Assembly: GCA_013265495.1 (NCBI GenBank)
Contig: MU057635.1
Location: forward strand, 1 to 64,000
Direction: 5' to 3'
DNA length: 64,000 nt
Origin: Vicugna vicugna
Taxonomy: Eukaryota
Position numbers and translations under genes: made by a program. The notes beneath the pieces are model-generated. The model made no database searches, was not told the DNA's origin, and worked only from the letters and a program-made list of their open reading frames with translations. Below are positions 1-14,090 of the stretch, piece by piece (the stretch's first letter is position 1; the number at the start of each line of letters is the position of its first letter).

Positions 1-99
1 CACAAAAAACCTGTTAGAAAGTATTCTGAAGTATCAATATTCACAATAAAATAAGAAATTCGGTGATTAAAAAACTCAGGGCTTGAAGATAAGACTACT

Positions 100-465
100 G
101 TGATAAGTGAAAAAGTCAGACAATGACAAACACTGTATGTTGTCACTTATCTGTGGAATCCATAATATGAAACAAAACAAGTGAGTGATTATAACAAAAA
201 AGAAACAGACTCACAGAAACAAACTAGTGGTTACCAGTGGGGAAGGGAAAGGGCAAAGGGCCAAGATGGGGTAGGAAATTAAGAGATGCAAATGACAATA
301 TATAAAGTAAATACGTTATGAGGGTATATGTACAGCACAGGGAATGCAGCCAATATGTTATAATAACTATAAATGGAAAATAACCTTTAAAAATTGGAAG
401 TCACTCTGCTATAAATCCAGAACTCTCTATAATATCTAAATCAACTATACTTCAATATGAAAAAG
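100..465 (+). mobile_element. L1 3' end fragment
   Basis: aagtgaa..aagtcagac, aaacagactcacaga..aaactagtggttaccagtgggg, tacagcacagggaat, aaatcaactatacttcaat followed by an A-rich end. Confidence 0.8.
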
Positions 466-1682
466 GGAGAAATACACACAATAGGTGTTAAGTAGCTAAA
501 AATGATAAAAAAAATAAATACTGCTTATGATAAATGCACATCAGACAGAACCGGCCTTTAGAGAATAAGTATCATAGATGGGATGAAAACTATAAATAGT
601 AAAAGGAATACTATGAGATTATTACTTGACATGGTCTAATTTTAACCTCAAGGTTTCCCAAAAAAAATTGCAAAAAGAAATAAAGTCCACAAACAACTCT
701 CTCAGTTGTATGTATGAAACAAATACTCAGAGGGATAAGACCTGGAAAAAGCAGAAAATTCAACTAGATTGACTACTAGACCCCTGCTCTGCTCAGCTCC
801 CATCTTTTCTGAGAGATTTTTGGCACCAGAGGCTTCCCTGCCTTGTGTGCCTGAGGAGGAGACGCCAAAGAGAGCAGTGGGGCCCATGACTGGAGAGGTG
901 TGCAGTATCTGGAACAAAAGCAGCTTTGAATGAAGACTTGACAGTGATCAGATATGCTTGAACGAGTGGTCTTTATGGCATTTTCTATTTTGGGGTCCAT
1001 GCTGGTAATAGTTTATGATGAAAAAAATGAAACCACAAAACCAGTTTCACTACAGGGATATATATTGGTCAAAAAAATTAAAAGAAATAATAAAAAAATT
1101 GAAGGAAATCAGACATTTCCATCAAAAAGCTTTATGAATGAAGATTCTATTGGGCCAGTGCTAACATGGAAAGATAGTTCTTAGAGTAATGACCTGAGAT
1201 CCCCAAAGATCTTCATTGATATATAATTTGAACAGAAGGGCAACCCAACCAAATAATCAAGCAAAAACCTCTCATGCTATGGTTAACAAGTTTCTGGAAA
1301 ATAGTTTGGAAATCATTAACCCCCCAAATTCTAGCAAACTGTCATTGCTGTAGCATCGTCTTTCACTTATGTCTTTTATAACTTTGTACCTGTATGACTA
1401 CTGTGTATAAAATTATCTGTCCTTTATTGACTATTGACTTTTAGAGCAATAATAACAATGCTATCTAGTCTTGTCTTTGACTTTCTACATGTGTTTTTTT
1501 TTAAATAGAATGAGCCAATGCTGTGAACATGAGCTAATACTTTGACACTTTCTTCCAAGTCTCACAGGCAAATTACAGGAGACAAAAACAAACTCCATGA
1601 CAGATATTGATTTGTTATTTTAAATGCTCACTAATTGGTAGAGAACATTGATATGTTCGATACCTGTGACCAAATGTCTATG

Positions 1683-3169
1683 CTACTGGGCAAACAATTT
1701 CTTTTGAATCACTTTCCTTACTGTGTTTTTAACTTCTTTGTTTCAAAAACTATAGATCAAAGGATTTAACATGGGGCTCACAAAAGTATAAAAGACAGCT
1801 ACAATTTCCCCCTGTTCTACAGATGCCTCAGAAGGGGGCCTCAGGTGCATGCTGAACAGTGTCCCATAAAAGATAGTGACAGTGGTCAGAAGGGACCCGC
1901 AGGTCGAGAAGGCCTTGTGCCTCCCCTATGCTGAGCAGATGCGCAGGATGGCTGAGAAGATGAAGATGTAGGAGATGAGGATGATGGTGAAAGAACAGGT
2001 GAGGTTGGCGCCAGCCACCATGAACATGGCAGTCTCTTTGACGTAAGTGTCTGAGCAGGCCAGGACCATGAGAGGTGGGTCTGCACAGTAAAAGTGGTTG
2101 ATTGCATTGAGTCCACAGAAGGAGAGGTGGAGCAGCAGGATGTCTGTGCCAGACCCTTTGCAAACCCATAAATATAATTAGCAGCAACAAGAGAGAGGCA
2201 GACACGTCAGGACACTTTGCTTCCATATGACAAGGGTTTGCAGATGGCCACGTAGCGGCCATAAGCCATCACTGCGAACATGTAATAATCTGTGATCACC
2301 AGGGCAATGAAAAAGTGGAACTGTATAAAGCAACCTAGCAAGGAAATGGTTCTTCTCTTGGACAAGAGATTAAGCAGCATCTGAGGAGTGACATTGGTGA
2401 CATAACAGAGATCTACAAAGGAGAGGTGACTGATGAAGAAGTACATTGGAGTGTGAAGTTTTGAGTCAGTTCTGATTAAGAAAATCATGCTCAAACAGCC
2501 TAAATGTCCATCAACAGGTGACTGGATAAAGAAGATGTGGTATATTTATACAATGGAATACTACTCAGCTATAAAAACCGACAACATAATACCATTTGCA
2601 GCAACATGGATGCTCCTGGAGAATGTCATTCTAAGTGAAGTAAGCCAGAAAGAGAAAGAAAAATACCATATGGGATCACTCATAAGTGGAATCTAAAAGC
2701 AAAAACACAAACAAACAAAAACAAAGCATAAATACAGGACAGAAATAGACTCACAGACAGAGAATACAGATTTGTGGTTACCAGGGGGGTGGAGGGTGGG
2801 AAGGGATAGACTGGGATTTCAAAATTGTAGAATAGATAAACAAGATTACACTGTATAGCACAGGGAAATATACACAAAATTTTATGATAACTCACAGAGA
2901 AAAAAATGTGACAATGAGTGTGTATATGTCCATGAATGACTGAAAAATTGTGCTGAACACTGGAATTTGACACAACATTGTAAAATGATTATAAATCAAT
3001 AAAAAATGTTAAAAAAATTAAAAAAAAAGAAAATCATGCTCACATTGCTGATTACCATGATGAGGTAGATGACTAGGAACCCTGCAAAAAGGACAGGCTG
3101 CAGCTCCGCCCCGTCTGTCAGTCCCAGGATAATAAACTCAGTCCCCACTGTGTAGTTTGTCCTTACCAT
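1683..3169 (-). pseudogene. OR5M5: Olfactory receptor family 5M (OR5M5-like) pseudogene interrupted by an L1 fragment
   Basis: ATG at 3169 reads MVRTNYTVGTEFIILGLTD...NVSMIF. After the L1 insert (2494-3026) it continues [23 protein letters not shown]...[13 protein letters not shown], later KAFSTCGS and PMLNPLIYS, ending KVIQKKLFAQ* at 1683. Lesions: TGA 2207-2209, 1-bp deletion near 2140, TAG 1926-1928, TGA near 1744. Subfamily name is from recall. Confidence 0.88.
2494..3026 (+). mobile_element. 5'-truncated L1 (ORF2 C-terminus, 3'UTR, poly-A) with 16-bp TSD
   Basis: Encodes [28 protein letters not shown] (L1 ORF2 C-terminus); AATAAA near 2998 and A-rich tail; TSD AAGAAAATCATGCTCA at 2478-2493 and 3027-3042. 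Confidence 0.95.
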
Positions 3170-3519
3170 TATGCTTGCTCAACTTCAAATGAGGCCTAAA
3201 GTAAAGGAAATAAAAATGCATTTGTCTTTGGTCATTTTTCCATTACCCACATCATGTCGTCGGATACTTACTCCTCTCTCCAACTTGTAAATGTGTGTAA
3301 CACAAAGAAATAGCATAGCAAGTATGAGACTGATGTTTCAGGTACCTAAACTAATAGAGTTCTCTTGTGTATAGGCAGTCACACTCCCAAACCCTGTTTT
3401 GAAAGTCTTTTCATACTTGAAAATCTTGTATTATTTCCTGATTTAGTTTTCATAAATTGTTTACTTATACGTCCCTTAAACATTACTTTTCTTTGAAATT
3501 AGGATCATTTGTTTCCTAT

Positions 3520-3690
3520 TATATCTTTTTTATTGTATTATATTATATTATTATATTACAGTGTATTAATTTCTGGTGTACAGCATGGTGATCCCATTAT
3601 ACATATATATTTATTTACATTCTTTTTTGTATTGTTTTTCCCTACAGGCTATTACAAGGTATTGATTATAGTTCCCTGTACTATCAGTAT
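3520..3690 (-). mobile_element. Short L1 3'UTR fragment
   Basis: ttaatttctggtgtacagcatggtgat...atagttccctgtactat is the reverse complement of the L1 3'UTR seen elsewhere in the window. Confidence 0.65.
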
Positions 3691-4799
3691 GCCTTTTGAT
3701 GTGATATCAAAGCATCAGTCACATGTTTTCACAGCTACATGGACTCAAGGAGGTAGCACTGATAAATGACACGAATCCTTCTAGAACTGGACTCTGTCCA
3801 CCAGCCCTTCTAAACTCACGATCATTTTCAGGATGATCCCTCACCCCAAAATGCATGTCCATTTCCCCTGCTCTTGTCTGTATCAATTGGCCCACATATC
3901 ACCAAAGCTTTATACTCAGCTCAGGATATCTGAGCCTTTGTAAAATATAGCCAGTTATTGGGGGCATGAGTGTGTTCATGGGGCATGAAAGTAAATCCAT
4001 GCTCTTTGTGTAGAAACAGATAAACACACCGCACATAAACCATATGCCTGTGGCACTTAACACCACACATAACAGTGATAGTAAATACTCAAGCTGGGAG
4101 AGGTTAGGGGAAAAATAAAATATAAAAAGACACCCTGGATGGGGAGGAGACAATCATCAGAAGAATAGCAGAATTTAGATTAAGATGTTTGATAATTCAT
4201 CAGAATATGTTTCAGGCCATAATTTTATTTTTGTTCATTAAAATATTTATTTCTGGAGTGTAAAGTGTATTTTAACAATGACTAATCCTACCTGTGAAAG
4301 AAGAGTGATTCTAGTGACAGCGTGGCCGGGAAGGACCAGAGGAGTTTATAGCAGAATTGTCATAGAGGGACCAGCTCCCTGTGGTGCAATTACTTCCAGC
4401 AGACAGTCATTCAGACTATACACAACCACCACTGTTTTATTCTTTTTAAATTATAACCTGATTGAGAACATGATTTTTTTTGCCACTCCTCAGTATCATC
4501 AAGACATCAAATCTCCTGAAACTGAAGCAATGGGATTCATTATTTATTTTAATTTATGCCTGAGTGCCTCAATATTTGGAGACTTGACTTGGGGGAACTA
4601 TTAAGTTATCTTGTTTACAAAGGATAAAACAGAGCATGGTGTGTGGAGTAAGTTTGGAGTCTAGAAAACTGTTGGAGATCAATCAAGTATTGTTGAACTT
4701 AGACTGGTTATTTCCTGATTTTATTTTATTTTTTAATAGGTATTATATTGCACAGCAATGGAGACATTGTGGGTATTCAGATAATATAAATGTGCTGGT

Positions 4800-5240
4800 G
4801 ATTCTTCCTTTGTCAGCCTGCCCCACCCAGACCCGTTGTCTTGTCTCCAGCTGATTTTTGCCAGTGGGAGAAACCAGCAGCACGTCAGAGGTGGGAGGAA
4901 GAGAACAGTAGCCCAACTGCCCTTTCCTTTTCTCCCAGTTTCACAGAGAAGGCACTGGAGTAGCTGCATCCTTCCAAGCAATCCCCTGCTGGGGTGTGTG
5001 TTGAGAAGGTGGCCAGGGCTCTTCCTGGTTCTGGTCCTCACTGGACTCCAGACAGTTGTCCCTGCCCGGACCACATCAGTGCTACGTTGGAAATTGCCTG
5101 CTGCAATCAGCCTCCAGATGCTTAAGTCTTTGACTAATTTCTTTAACATTTCTTTCACTGATTCTCTGTCTTTTCCTTAAATTCCCTTCAGTTAAACCAT
5201 CTGAGTAGCATTTTGTTTTATTCCATGTCCCTTATTCAGG
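4800..5240 (+). mobile_element. Ancient ERVL-class LTR (LTR33-like)
   Basis: tttgccagtgggagaaaccagcagcacgtcagaggtgggaggaagag motif and ttaaattcccttcagttaaaccatctgagt 3' region resemble LTR33 as recalled; boundaries approximate. Confidence 0.5.
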
Positions 5241-7069
5241 TGAGAGTGGTACATGGTACTTATTCAATAAATATTACATTGGAAGTTGGAGCAGTAATAG
5301 TCATTATTGTAATAATAATTACTCCTCTTGTTAAAGTTTGAGATATCCCTGGCTTCATCATTGTCGGATGTTAAAGGGGTCATTGAATCACCCTCCTTCT
5401 GGCTTCTGATTTGGCGGAATACTACACAGGGGAGTCAGATATTAATATTACTGGCATCACCACAGGTAAAATCGGTTTCAGAATGTGGCTTAGACATGCT
5501 TTCTTGACTCTCTCCTCTGGATGGAAGTCACCTGGGCACAGCAGAGCTGTGAGACAACTCTTGCTCCCTCCTTCCCTTTCCAGAGCCATGACATATCAGC
5601 ACATCTGATTGAGATGAGACACACATGTCAGTCACATAGAGAAGAGGATGTCTTGTACTGACAGCCAGGCAGCTGCAAATGATGCTTTTCATCATCTCAC
5701 CAAGCTCCATTCACCCTACCACAGCAAGCCTGTGGGGGTCGATGGAGAGAAATCAGAAATGTCCTTCAGTCTCTTTTCCTCCAAAGTCATTTAAAAACCT
5801 CTGCCTCAATCCTTGTTATTGCAGTTGGCACCCCCATTCACCTGTGTGCATCCCAGAAGTCTCCGTCATCCTTGATTTCCTCCTCCCACTCCCTCCCACA
5901 GCCAGATATCACCTCCTTGACTTTTTAAATGCCTTAAGAGTCAAATTTTCCCACATGAGGAAGAAGAAGGAGAAGGATGGGGAGAAGGAGGAGAAGATGG
6001 AAGATTACGAGGTGGAGGAGGAGGAGAGAAGAAGGAAGGAATTCCTGCAATTAACCTTAGAGGAGTTTGCAACATTACTTTGACAGTTATTAGGAGATCT
6101 CCTTTCTTAAAAGCTAATCAACTTTTATTAATTCATTTCTTAAATAAATATTTCAACTTTAAGGAAGTGCCATGACCTGGAATTGAAAGATGCAAGAAAA
6201 GCAAGTAACAGCTCTGCCCACTTTTTATCTCATCCACTGCCAGCACACTGTCAGCCTAGTACCAGTCCTTTGTGCCTAGATGTATAGAAATAATAATATA
6301 TTTTATAATATATATTATATAATGCATACATTTGTACATAAGTATATGTCTATGTAATGAATATATGTATATATATTCCTAAATTTTGAGAAATCTGAAA
6401 CATAACTTACTATTAAACATCTAAACTCCTATGGTTTGGAGTGATTTCAGAGCCAGCCCAGAAATACATAAGACAGCAGTATTTGATTTGAAACCTAGCT
6501 CTGTGTTCTAGGAAAAATTGATTTAATTTCTCTGATATTCAGGTCTTTAATCTGTAAGAAATACTTTACAATATCTGTATCACAAGGACATTGCAAATGT
6601 TCAATAAACTCTGTCTTTCCTTGGCAATGAATGTGTACAACCATTTCTCAGTACTTAGCACACTCGTGGCTGCTATCTGATAAGCACTCAGCAGAGGATA
6701 CCAGCTGTCATGCTAAGAGGGTTGCAAATAATACAAGCTCCATTGCCAGATAGGGTAAAGAAAATGTGAAAATGTAGCTTGAAAATATGGAAGTGCTCTT
6801 CTCTTCCACAGGAGTCCAATCCAGCTGAGCAGATAGACGGTAAAACAAGTTTTTAGTGTGTGTTTTTTTATTAGTGAGTCAACTATAAAACCAATTAGTT
6901 CTATTTGTTCAACCTGAATTTAGGAAAATCCAGAGATAATGGAGACTACCAAAGGCATGTATCCAAGATTATAAGGCTGAAGGTGACTGTAAAAACATCT
7001 GCAAAACCATCTCTACATGTCAACAATCATAAGATTAGTGAGCAAATTTGAATTTCTGTAATGAACCAA

Positions 7070-7460
7070 ATATGTCACTTTAATGAGGAAACATAATTTC
7101 TTAACTACCTGTTGAAACATAATTCCTTCTAACCAACATATTTAATGAAGAATTTGACAGTGGCCTGTATTTAGGCCCAAGTGTTATAAACTATGAATAA
7201 ATTATAATATTATAGGAGAACTTTCATCCATTTCAAGTTCTTTATTTTGTTATTATGAAAATAGTTTTTGTCCAGTAGGTTTGTTGAAATGTGGCTTTTT
7301 TTTTTTCCAAACCTGAAAGATCTTTGCCCAAGAGCTTTGGTTTCTTCCTTGCAAGTTTATGGGAACTAGTGTATAAAAATTATGTATATTTCACTCATCT
7401 TTTCAGAAAAAAATGTTAATGGCCCAATATCTTTAATTGTATTACCTGGGGCCTCACGTC
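7070..7460 (-). promoter_or_regulatory. Candidate OR promoter (homeodomain plus O/E sites) between the divergent OR5M genes
   Basis: TAATGA at 7081 (in ACTTTAATGA) and 7143; O/E-like CCCAAGAG at 7327 and CCTGGGG near 7445; about 4 kb from both divergent ATGs. Short motifs only. Confidence 0.35.
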
Positions 7461-9919
7461 AAGGTGTAATTACATACATGAACTTGTGAAGTGTGGTTTT
7501 ATTTTAAAGAGCAGCTTTGGACTTAGTCAATAATTTAAATAAACTCTTTTGTTGGATCCTTCCCTTCAAGGCAATGGCCAGCACTTCATAGTCTCATCTT
7601 TTTTCCCTCATATGACTGTGGAGGCCTCCCAGCACCGGAAAGGAAGGCTTTGATCTGCACTCATTACCTTCCTGCTTCTCTCTGGTCTGCCTTGGTCTCT
7701 GACATGGATGCTTAGTTTACTCTGCTGCCAGTCTCTAGGACCAGTGCAATTTGGGGTCACTGTCCCCTCTGGGCTGGACGGGGCCTGCTGACCCTCCCTG
7801 CTGACACGGCTGCATCTTGGCTCTTAAGGGAATTACAGGCCCTGCTTAGGTCTGATCTGTTTATGTCATGAGTCCTGGCCCAGGACATCTGCTGTGGGTT
7901 CTCAGCTTCACTGGTGCACCTGTCCCAGTCATCCCATTTAGCTTTTTGCCTATTCCTCTATTAGGAAGACGTGGAATTTTGGAAACCTGGGTGCTGTTTA
8001 TGTCCCATGGAAATGAGAAACTGTCGGAGCATTAACCCAAGTCCGAGTGTGGATGAACTGCTGTGTGAACCCAAGGTTTACTTCGCTGTGGCCGCCTACC
8101 AGACTGACTCAGGGCCATGCCTCCAGTGAGTAGTGTGGGACAGCCAGGCTCAGAGAGCTCTCCTAAGGCTTTAAATCACTTTTTTAAATGGATTATTAGT
8201 ATGCCTGTGCCCAAAGGCAAGACTTACTTCTGTTTATTTTTTTCTGTAATAATCTATATTTTTTATGTGAGTAGTGAATGGTAGATGGAGTTAGAGAGAG
8301 GAAGATTGGCTTAATCATATGGAAGTTATAATATTGCTGCATTATTTTTCTTATTTATAGTAGCATTATTATACATCTGGTCAGAAATACTAGGACTTGA
8401 CTCTAATTTCAAGCACTAATGTAGATAAGACCTAAAGAAAAATACTGTGTGAGTTAATATATATCAGGAGTCATGAATTAAAATATCTTTGTATAAGTGG
8501 CCTATGCTAATGTCTACTTGAACTAATTTCATTTAAACTGATCTTTCAGTTGGATCTGAGGTTCTAAAAACTGATTCCCTGTGTTTTAATTCACAAGATG
8601 AAATGCTCTTAGATTACTCACGAAAACAGGATAATGTACTATTTACACGAAAGTCCATGAATTCACAACTTTCTGCCTAGCATCACTATTTTTTTATTCA
8701 GTAACTCTTCTTTAAAGATTAAATGTGCACTCAAAGTGTTTACAGATTGCTACTGGGGATAGCAGATGAAATTGGCATTAATTTTGTCCTTAGACAATTA
8801 CTGTCCTTAAAAGAATTAGAAAAGTTATGAAGGAGGCATGGACCACAAGAGAGGCAGAGACAACAGTGGGCACTTGGAAGAGGGAAACATTACCCCAGCT
8901 GAGGATAAGGTACACAGAAACATGCAGAGACCTTTCAGTATAAAGGGAGGAATAGCTTTTTATCTGCCCAAAAACTACTTTCAGTATCAAAATCAGTATG
9001 ATGCATTTTTGCATTTTCTAAAAGACACTGTGTACATATAATGATTAACCCATAAATTAAGATCCACTTCATTAAGATGTGACTTTCGTCAGCACCTCTG
9101 GAGGGAGTTCTAACGATGTTCCATAGGTGATTTCTTGATGAATGCTTCAGGGCTGGACCCCATTCAGATATAAACCCTCCTATTTGGGGACCTTCATGGA
9201 GGCCAAGAAACCACTGTTCTCCACAGGTAAGTCTGACTGTTCTGAAAATCAAGAACTCATACGAAATACTGCTTGTTTTCTTACTGTTTCTTCTTTAGAA
9301 CAACAAATGGAATTAGTAGTGACTATAAGGTTGCCAGATTGAGACCAAACAGGAGGCAGACAAAGTCCAGACTCCTTCTGCCAAAGACAGCAGGTGACTT
9401 GTGATGTATCAGGAGGTCGGGCAGACCTTGCCACCGCTCCAGACCTCAGTTACAGGTGCATTTCCCAACACGGCTAAGAAGAAGAGCAGGCTTAGATGTG
9501 GAGCTTTAGCGAATTCGAGGAATTTTAAAGATGACGTATTTCTCTTTTAACTTGTTTTCCTTCTCCAAGCCTATAACCTTAAAATTTGCTACAAGAAAAT
9601 ACACTCCCTCTCCATATGGCTTCAATGATTTCAGACACTTATTTTTAAGAGAAAAATTTAAAGGGATTTGGGTGAGTGTAAGGCTAAAGGTGAGAAGAAA
9701 AAAAATATGTGAACACATTTCCTTCCTCATCTGTAAAGGCTTCTGTTAGGTTTTTTCAATTCAGTATTACATTAAAAAGTGACAGCATTGCTCCCTCCGT
9801 AATAATCAAAGCAGATTTACATTGCCTTGTGTAGTAACTCAGTCTCCATCAGGGGAGTAAGAAATCTACATACCAGGAAAAGTCAGGTGATGTGAGTGGA
9901 AAAGTGTACATTACTCGTT

Positions 9920-10720
9920 CCATCCATTCATTCAACTAATGGATCCTGCTCACTGATGATTCAGACATTTGCCCAAATTCTGGGGATATGGCCCAAAGAA
10001 ATTCCCTAACATTCTAAAAGTGGAAGGGGCTGACAAAACATGAAACTAAACTTATTTATGTAAGTAAATAATGACTTCAGAAGTGATCAATGGTAGAAAA
10101 AATAGATCATACTTCATGGTAAAAGAGCTATGTGAAATGGAGTCACTTAGACAAGCAGTCAAGCCAGCCTTTCAGAGGAGGAGTCATTAGAAGAGAAACC
10201 TAACTGAAGTGATGGAATGAGTCACTTACAGGTCTGAGGGGAGAACATTTTAGGCAGAGGGACCAGTGTGTGCACAGGCCTTGAGGCAGGAATGTGCTCA
10301 GCATGTTTAAGGAACGACCAGAAGGTCACTGTGGCAGGAACAAAAGGATTGAAGGGAAAGTGGTGGAAGTGTTTGGAGTTATGGAAGAGATCACGTAAGT
10401 CTTTGTGGATCCTGGTATGAAGTGAAGATTTTAGCCCAAGTGTGATGGAACATTAGCAAACCACTTTAGCTCATTAACAGGATGTAATTTATGTTTATAA
10501 CAAGATCAGTGGCTTGTGTTGGAGGATAGAAAGTTTCCAACTGAAAGGAGAAAAATCATTAACAGTAGCTTTGGCAAGAGATAATTTAATCTTAGACCTG
10601 ACTGGTAGTGGAGGAGATGCTGACAAGCTGTTCTAAGATTCAATAGGCAATGTGTGGAAGTAGAGCAGAGATTTCTTGCTAGTTTAGATAGAAGGTGGGA
10701 AGTTATGAGGTTAACTGAAA
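9920..10720 (-). mobile_element. LINE-2 fragment
   Basis: cattcattcaac 3' tail, then ggcagagggaccagtgtgtgcacaggccttgaggcaggaatgtgctcagcatgtttaaggaac, typical of antisense L2. Confidence 0.75.
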
Positions 10721-11452
10721 TAGGAATATTAAATATAAAATACAATGAATATTAAACATATAATACAAAATAAATTGGGATTTTGTGGGGCACAAAGAGA
10801 TTAGTGAGATCATAGGGAATACTGGGGGAAGAAACAATGCAGACCATCAATTGTTGGTTTGAAACAAAGGTGACGGGATGAAGAGAAATTCAAAGGACCC
10901 AAGAGGTTGATTGCTGTTGGAGAATAAGTAAGAAATCAGGAAGAAACTGAATCTGAATAAATATACAACGAGGCTCTCAAGGAGTATATGCCACTCCAGT
11001 TACAGCAGGTGTGCCTGCACTGGCAATGATAGAACCAATCTCCAGAAAGCCAGTCACCCCCTCCACTCCCTCCCTGATTGAGCACTGATGTCATGGTCAG
11101 ACACAGGTAGCAGTTATGTTTGAGCATCCAAGGTTCTGCTTCCAAAAAGGGGTATGAAAGAGCCAACTCAGATTCAGATGTGTTGGTGGGTGTAGCAAAA
11201 CAACCAGCACAGGTGGTACATGGACTTCAAGGTATGTTTATCAAATACATTTTCCCGTTTAAGCAGCACCACTGACCGTGGGAGGCACCTGCTTAATCTC
11301 CTCCATCTCTGAAGGAGGTAACAATTTATTGAAACCTCTCTTTTCAAAACCAGTTTTTTGGGGTACTGATACATTTTTATCTATTCTTGAATTGCACACA
11401 ATTCATTTCTCTTTTTTAAATCTGAAAAATCATTCTTCTTTTAATAGAGAAT

Positions 11453-12433
11453 ATGACAATGAAGCTATTTCCCTGGCACAATGGCCCCGAGGCCACCGAG
11501 ATTGTTCTGCTGTGACTGACCACTCACCGAGACCTGCAGCCCGTCTTCTGTGTGGTCTTCCTCCTGAATTACCCCGTCACCCTGGCCGGGAGCCCTGGGA
11601 TGATTTTATTTAATCAGATTCACTCCCAGCTGCAAACCCCCATGTGCTTTTTCCTCACCCACTTAGCGCGCATAGATATGTTTTATTCTATGAATGTCTC
11701 TCCTCAGATGCTTGCACACTTCTTACCTGAGAAGACCATTTCCTACACGGGATGTCTGGCCCAATGTTTTGTTTTTGTGACCCTGCTCCTTACTGAGTAT
11801 TACATGCCTGGTGCCATGGCCTATGACAGGTATGTGGCCATCTGCAGTCCCCTGTATTACAACAGCAGAGTGTCCAGGCCACTCTGCATCCACCTGGTCA
11901 CCCTCCCCTACCTCTGGGGGTCCATGGTGGCCACAATGCATGTGATACTGACCTCTCACTTGTCCTTTTGTGGATCCAACGTCGTCAACCATTTCTACTG
12001 TGCAGACCCAGCCCTCTTAATGTTGACGTGTTCTAACACTTACTTAAAGCAAACCACCCTGTTTGTGTCCACCAGGATTAACCTCACAGGTTCCCTTCTC
12101 ATAATCCTCATCCCCTATGTTTTCATTTTCATTACCATCATGAGGATCTGTTCCAGTGAAGGGCAGTGCAAAGCCTTCTCCACCTGTGGGTCCCACATGA
12201 CAACTGTCTCTATGTTCTACGAGTCCCTGTTCTGCATGTATCTGAGACCAGCAAACAAGCAATCTTTTGAACATGAGAAAATTGTCTCAGTGTTTTGTAT
12301 TTTTGTGAGTCCCATGCTGAATCCATTTATCTACAGCCTGAGAAACAAGGATGTGAAACAGACTTTGAGAAGGGTATTTATGAGAAACCTTGGTACGATG
12401 GGGAAAAGCTCTATTTTACCAGTTTCCCAATAA
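11453..12433 (+). pseudogene. Olfactory receptor family 5M pseudogene (N-terminal nonsense codon)
   Basis: ATG 11453 reads MTMKLFPWHNGPEATEIVLL*LT, with TGA at 11513-11515 replacing the G of LLGLT. The same frame continues through [30 protein letters not shown] and PMLNPFIYSLRNKDVK. The listed ORF starts at a GTG inside TM1. GN is changed to GS and PMY to PMC. Confidence 0.88.
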
Positions 12434-14090
12434 AAGAAGAAAGAATCCCCCAAAACAATCGAAAAGTATCCCTTGTTGGTTCTGCCAACATTGGGATGCA
12501 ACTCTCTGGAATAGCAATCATAGTTTATATGCACGCAGAGCTTGGGATCGAGTGAGAGTCTATGGAAACAGAATGGCAAAATGTGTGGAAATGACGGTGG
12601 GCAGGAATCAAGACAGCAGAAGTCAGTTGTCTACGATTCAGCTGGTTCACAGTTTTAGAGTCACTCAGGAACGCATTTCCACTTGGTTAGTTAGCTGAGA
12701 AGTTCTCCTTTTCACTTCCTAGGTCACCAACATGGAGCATCCCTGAGCTGCTGTCACCAGCAAAGTGATGTGCATTGTAGTAAATTTCCTCAAGAAACTG
12801 GTTTTCTTCCCTGGTACATCTTATGTATATTCCTTAAAGAAATCTGATTATCTTCTCAGAAAAATCTCATTTCTCTAATTTTCTGTGTTTGGTCTGAATA
12901 AATCTTTGATGAATTTTTATGTCTACTTTGCTTGAATGGAAACCCATATATGTTTATTCTTTCAACCAAAAACCTGATATTTACATTTTAATGACCCAAT
13001 GATTCATTTCATTTCCTTTAAACAAAACAGGCACCCTTATTAATAGGAGATATCCATTCCTGATTTAGAATTTTCATTTCTTAAATAAGATATTTATATC
13101 ATCTTGTCCCTACAATATTAACAATTGTTTGTGCCACAGTTTTACACATCTCTTTTCAGGTCACATCTCACCACAAACAATTTTAAAATAACATCTAGTT
13201 TAATATGCATGAAATTTGGTTTTAGTGTTTTGCAACTAAATTGTAGCATAAGCATATTTCAGACTGTTTGATACTCTTTGGAACTGACCTTTATTTAAAA
13301 GAATAATGTAACAACACTGACATGACATACATAGTTCACCACCTCCTTTTAATAATTAGGGAGTCTTTACTTTTCCCTCTTTAGGAAAATCTTTACACCT
13401 GTAATTTATTCTTCTGATCAGTTATTATATTAAGATAGGTTTCCACCATTTTATTCATCGTTGCTTTATATTTCTCTCATTTTGAATGCAGTGATATAAG
13501 AAAGCAACACCAGCCAATGAACACTCTAGTTTCCCCACATCCTTAATGGCCTTGGGAGTCTCATTTGATTGTGTGCATGTGTGAATATTGTAGATATAAA
13601 TGCAATGCAGAAAACGTTCATGCATCAAATACAATTTGTTGGAACTCAACTTTTACTTATTTCACTTTTTCTCAATTTCATAGTGTGCTAGCTACCATGA
13701 TAGTGATATTTAACAAGAAGAAAAGAGCCTTTATTCAGAGGAACTTTCTCTTAAGAAGTAAACTTCTGAATGAAAGAAAAATTGGGGTTCCAGATTAAAA
13801 CATTTGTAGGTAGAGAAATTGACAGTCAGTGGCCCTCATCACTCACTCCTAACAGACACATAAGGATAGCTCTGATTATCTCTGAAGATCTCAGCCTACC
13901 CAGAAGTACAATATTTTTAAAGGTAAAAGTAATAGAACCTTGATTTAGAAGGACCCTGAGTGATCATCCAGTTCCAACAATTTTACAGAACGTATTTGAG
14001 TCCCTGCTTTTTTTCCCTATATTCATATTCCAATTCTAACATTAGTAAATAAATATTCTTTAATTTCATATCTTGGGATATGGATAGTTT

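Noticed and set aside
770..1010. Short GC-richer stretch as a possible retrocopy fragment
   Set aside because: I recognised no protein in the frames I translated, and found no TSD; a BLAST search would be needed.
5679..6083. 134-aa ORF with an acidic/basic tail, and the other short ORFs in the track
   Set aside because: They derive from low-complexity tracts, repeats, gaps or the antisense and alternative frames of OR genes, with no recognisable domains.
11552..12433. 293-aa ORF as an intact OR
   Set aside because: Starts at a GTG inside TM1; the true ATG is followed by an in-frame TGA at 11513.
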